Positions 59,614-64,000 of a DNA stretch of 64,000 nt are shown here, piece after piece; within the stretch, counting starts at the first letter, position 1; every line of letters starts with the position of its first letter. The position numbers were made by a program, and so were the translations under genes. The notes under the pieces were generated by a model, which saw only the letters and a list, made by a program, of their open reading frames with translations, had not been told where the DNA came from and searched no databases. The DNA is taken from positions 3,872,001-3,936,000 of the forward strand of contig OZ255842.1 of assembly GCA_965277805.1 (NCBI GenBank), written 5' to 3'. Source of the DNA: Candidatus Lustribacter sp. (GTDB lineage Bacteria > Vulcanimicrobiota > Vulcanimicrobiia > Vulcanimicrobiales > Vulcanimicrobiaceae).

Positions 59614-60090
59614 ATGGTATCGTTCGTACACTATGGGTCGCTGGATGTTGCCGTTTCGGCGCGGCGTGATTTTGATTCTGCCGTCAAATATTTGAGCCGG
59701 GATCCGGTCGAGCGCGCATTGTTCGCTCGGCTGGAGAACGGCCGGCAGCATATTACGCTTACGGCCAATCGGAATAACGAAGATTATTACGATCCGAACA
59801 CGCATGCGATCCACTGGGATCCGCATAGCGCGTTGCGCACGAGCCGCGGCGGGACGCAATCGCCGGCGCTCGGGCTCGGGCACGAGGTCGATCACGCGGT
59901 GCACGATGGGCCGCGCGAGTGGGAACGCTCGTCGATTCCGGATGCGCGCTTCGACGATGCGGAGGAACGGCGCGTGATTCTGGGATCGGAGCGGCATGCC
60001 GCGCGCACGCTCGGCGAAGCGGTCCGCAGCGATCACGGCGGCTTCACCTACCGGGTCGACCGGCCGACCGCAATGCCGCTCATCGCATAA
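59614..60090 (+). CDS. Small HExxH zinc-metallopeptidase-like protein
   Basis: IHWDP...SPALGLGHEVDH...EERRVI. Confidence 0.65.
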   Translation: MVSFVHYGSLDVAVSARRDFDSAVKYLSRDPVERALFARLENGRQHITLTANRNNEDYYDPNTHAIHWDPHSALRTSRGGTQSPALGLGHEVDHAVHDGPREWERSSIPDARFDDAEERRVILGSERHAARTLGEAVRSDHGGFTYRVDRPTAMPLIA

Positions 60091-60104
60091 ACCGGCGATA
60101 ACGG

Positions 60105-60149
60105 CTGTCCCTCGACAAGCTCGGGATGACACGGCGCTCGGGATGACAG
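60105..60149. repeat. REP-like dispersed repeat, copy 5, plus partial tandem duplicate
   Basis: ctgtccctcgacaagctcgggatgaca then gctcgggatgacag. Confidence 0.9.
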
Positions 60150-60170
60150 GGGGAGTGGCGCGCGAATCTG

Positions 60171-60826
60171 TTGGGAATGTTAGCGCTCATCCTTTCCACG
60201 CTCGTGGCACAGGCCGGTGCGCCGGCCTACCTCTCGTCGTGTGCGCCGCCGCAGCCGATCCGCGTGCTCGCCACCTCGCAAGTGGTCGTCGGCGACAACA
60301 TCCACCCGACCAATCGCCGGACGCGTTTCTTCATCGACATCGGCAGCGACGGAAGTTTCCGGCGCGCGATCATGTACGAATCGTCGGGCGACGCGACGTT
60401 CGATCAAGCCGCACTCGAGGCCGCGCAACGGTTCAAGTTTGCGCCGCCGACGCAAGGCTGCATCAGCACGAGCGCGATCGTCCCGGAAGAGTTCAACGTG
60501 CCGCTGCTCGCGTTCGGACACGCCTCCGGCAACGGGTCGGTGTTGCCGACGCCGCCGCCGGAGGCCGCCGCGATCTGCGGCGATCCGGCGGTTGAAGTCG
60601 CCGGACTCGACATTCCCGATACGCATCAAGCGCCGGGCACGGCGGCAATCGACGTAACGCTCGACGCGAACGCGCACGTGAAGACGGCGAAGCTCGCGAA
60701 GTCGAGTGGAAATGCAAAAACCGACGCCACGGCCGTCGATGAAGCCAAGAGCGCGCAGTTCAAGTTCGACGTCGGACCAGGCTGCCGGCCGAAGCCGGCA
60801 ACCTACCAACTCGAACTAACTTTCCA

Positions 60827-60830
<4 letters not shown>
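60171..60830 (+). CDS. Secreted protein with tandem TonB C-terminal-like domains
   Basis: Two SSG-x3-D-x-(A/T)A-x3-A-x3-(K)F units; signal-like N-terminus. Confidence 0.7.
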
Positions 60831-63300
<2,470 letters not shown>

Positions 63301-63301
<1 letters not shown>

Positions 63302-63720
63302 CAGGCCAGGGTCCTTTTAACGGTCATGCGGATCTCGGTCCGCACGATCGGGAAGCGATCGCGAGCGCCGAGCGGGAGCTCGATGGTCAGGATGCCGTCG
63401 CGGTAGGTTGCGGACGCGCCGGAATCATCGACCGGCAGCGGCAGGCGAATGCGTTTATAGAACTCGCCGTAGAGAATTTCTTTTTGGAGGATCGACGCCG
63501 AACGGTTCTCGGCGCGGTCGGTGCGGGTGCCCATGATGTAGAGATAGCGCTCGTCGACGGCGACGCGGAGCTCATCGCCGTCGGATCCGGCCAGCTCGAC
63601 GTGAACCACCATCCGTTGCCGCGCTTCGTCGATATACACGTCCGCATTAGGCTCAAAACGCCCGTGGGCACGGACGCCGAACGCACGGTCTACTTCAGCA
63701 AAAAATGGGTCTTGGCGCAC
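63301..63720 (-). CDS. Hsp20/alpha-crystallin small heat shock protein
   Basis: PNADVY, EILYGEF.KRI.LP, ATYRDGILTIELP. Confidence 0.9.
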
Positions 63721-63742
63721 GGGTCGAGCCTCCTTCCTTCGG

Positions 63743-63769
63743 TTAGCACTCGCCTAAACACAGTGCCAA
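63743..63769. promoter_or_regulatory. CIRCE element (HrcA operator)
   Basis: TTAGCACTC-N9-CAGTGCCAA versus consensus TTAGCACTC-N9-GAGTGCTAA, upstream of hsp20-lon. Confidence 0.85.
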
Positions 63770-63807
63770 GGGGAAAGGGTTTCCGAATTCGGCCCGGGCC
63801 AGGCCGG

Positions 63808-64000
63808 CTACTGTTGCTGCTGTTGGGCTTGGGTCCCGGGCAGGGCCTCCATCGCGACGTTCACCGACATGCTCGCCCGCGATACGCCCTTGTATATGCC
63901 CCGGACCGGGCTGACATCACGGTAATCGCGCCCGACCGCGATCCGGGCGAAGCGGTCGTCGATCAGGGTGCCGTTGGTCGGATCGTAGCCGACCCAACCG
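63808..64000 (-). CDS. Transglutaminase-like family protein, C-terminal fragment running off the window
   Basis: Hand translation GWVGYDPTN...IAVGRDYRDVSPVRGIYKG...QQQQ*. Confidence 0.85.
   Translation of the reverse strand, partial: GWVGYDPTNGTLIDDRFARIAVGRDYRDVSPVRGIYKGVSRASMSVNVAMEALPGTQAQQQQQ

Noticed and set aside
9892-60149. Dispersed 25-bp repeats as a CRISPR array
   Set aside because: Not regularly spaced, mixed orientation, no cas genes

Overview
High-GC bacterial chromosomal window of about 65 CDS, mostly core genome, with no rRNA, tRNA, CRISPR array, transposase or integrase visible. Terrabacteria-like regulatory signals (L20 leader, CIRCE, yqzL, prs-rplY-pth) together with a TonB-domain protein suggest a diderm terrabacterium such as Eremiobacterota/Vulcanimicrobiota; this is inference. 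Housekeeping genes: uvrB, prs, rplY, pth, thyX, msrA, glmU, gltX, infC-rpmI-rplT, pheST, selD, lon, hsp20. Accessory loci: a deacetylase/phosphodiester-glycosidase cluster, an XRE-STAND regulator next to a non-heme haloperoxidase, an oxoprolinase/hydantoinase operon, an isobutyryl-CoA-mutase-type operon containing an adenylate cyclase, a tricorn-methyltransferase-GT17 locus, an ECF42 sigma factor and a Rieske oxygenase-SCO-PCuAC unit. Most notable observations: (1) pth follows the rplY UAG in frame and has no canonical start before its catalytic N-terminus, implying a non-canonical start or a bL25-Pth readthrough fusion; (2) an unlisted 56-aa near-leaderless ORF whose promoter carries a TGTNA-N7-TNACA box, upstream of the oxoprolinase genes; (3) a dispersed REP-like repeat lying inside reading frames, plus a related 200-nt nested inverted repeat; (4) a perfect DnaA box inside the yqzL-pheST promoter with an attenuator-like terminator before pheS; (5) several apparent pseudoenzymes. 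All family calls come from motif recognition by eye; no database search was run.
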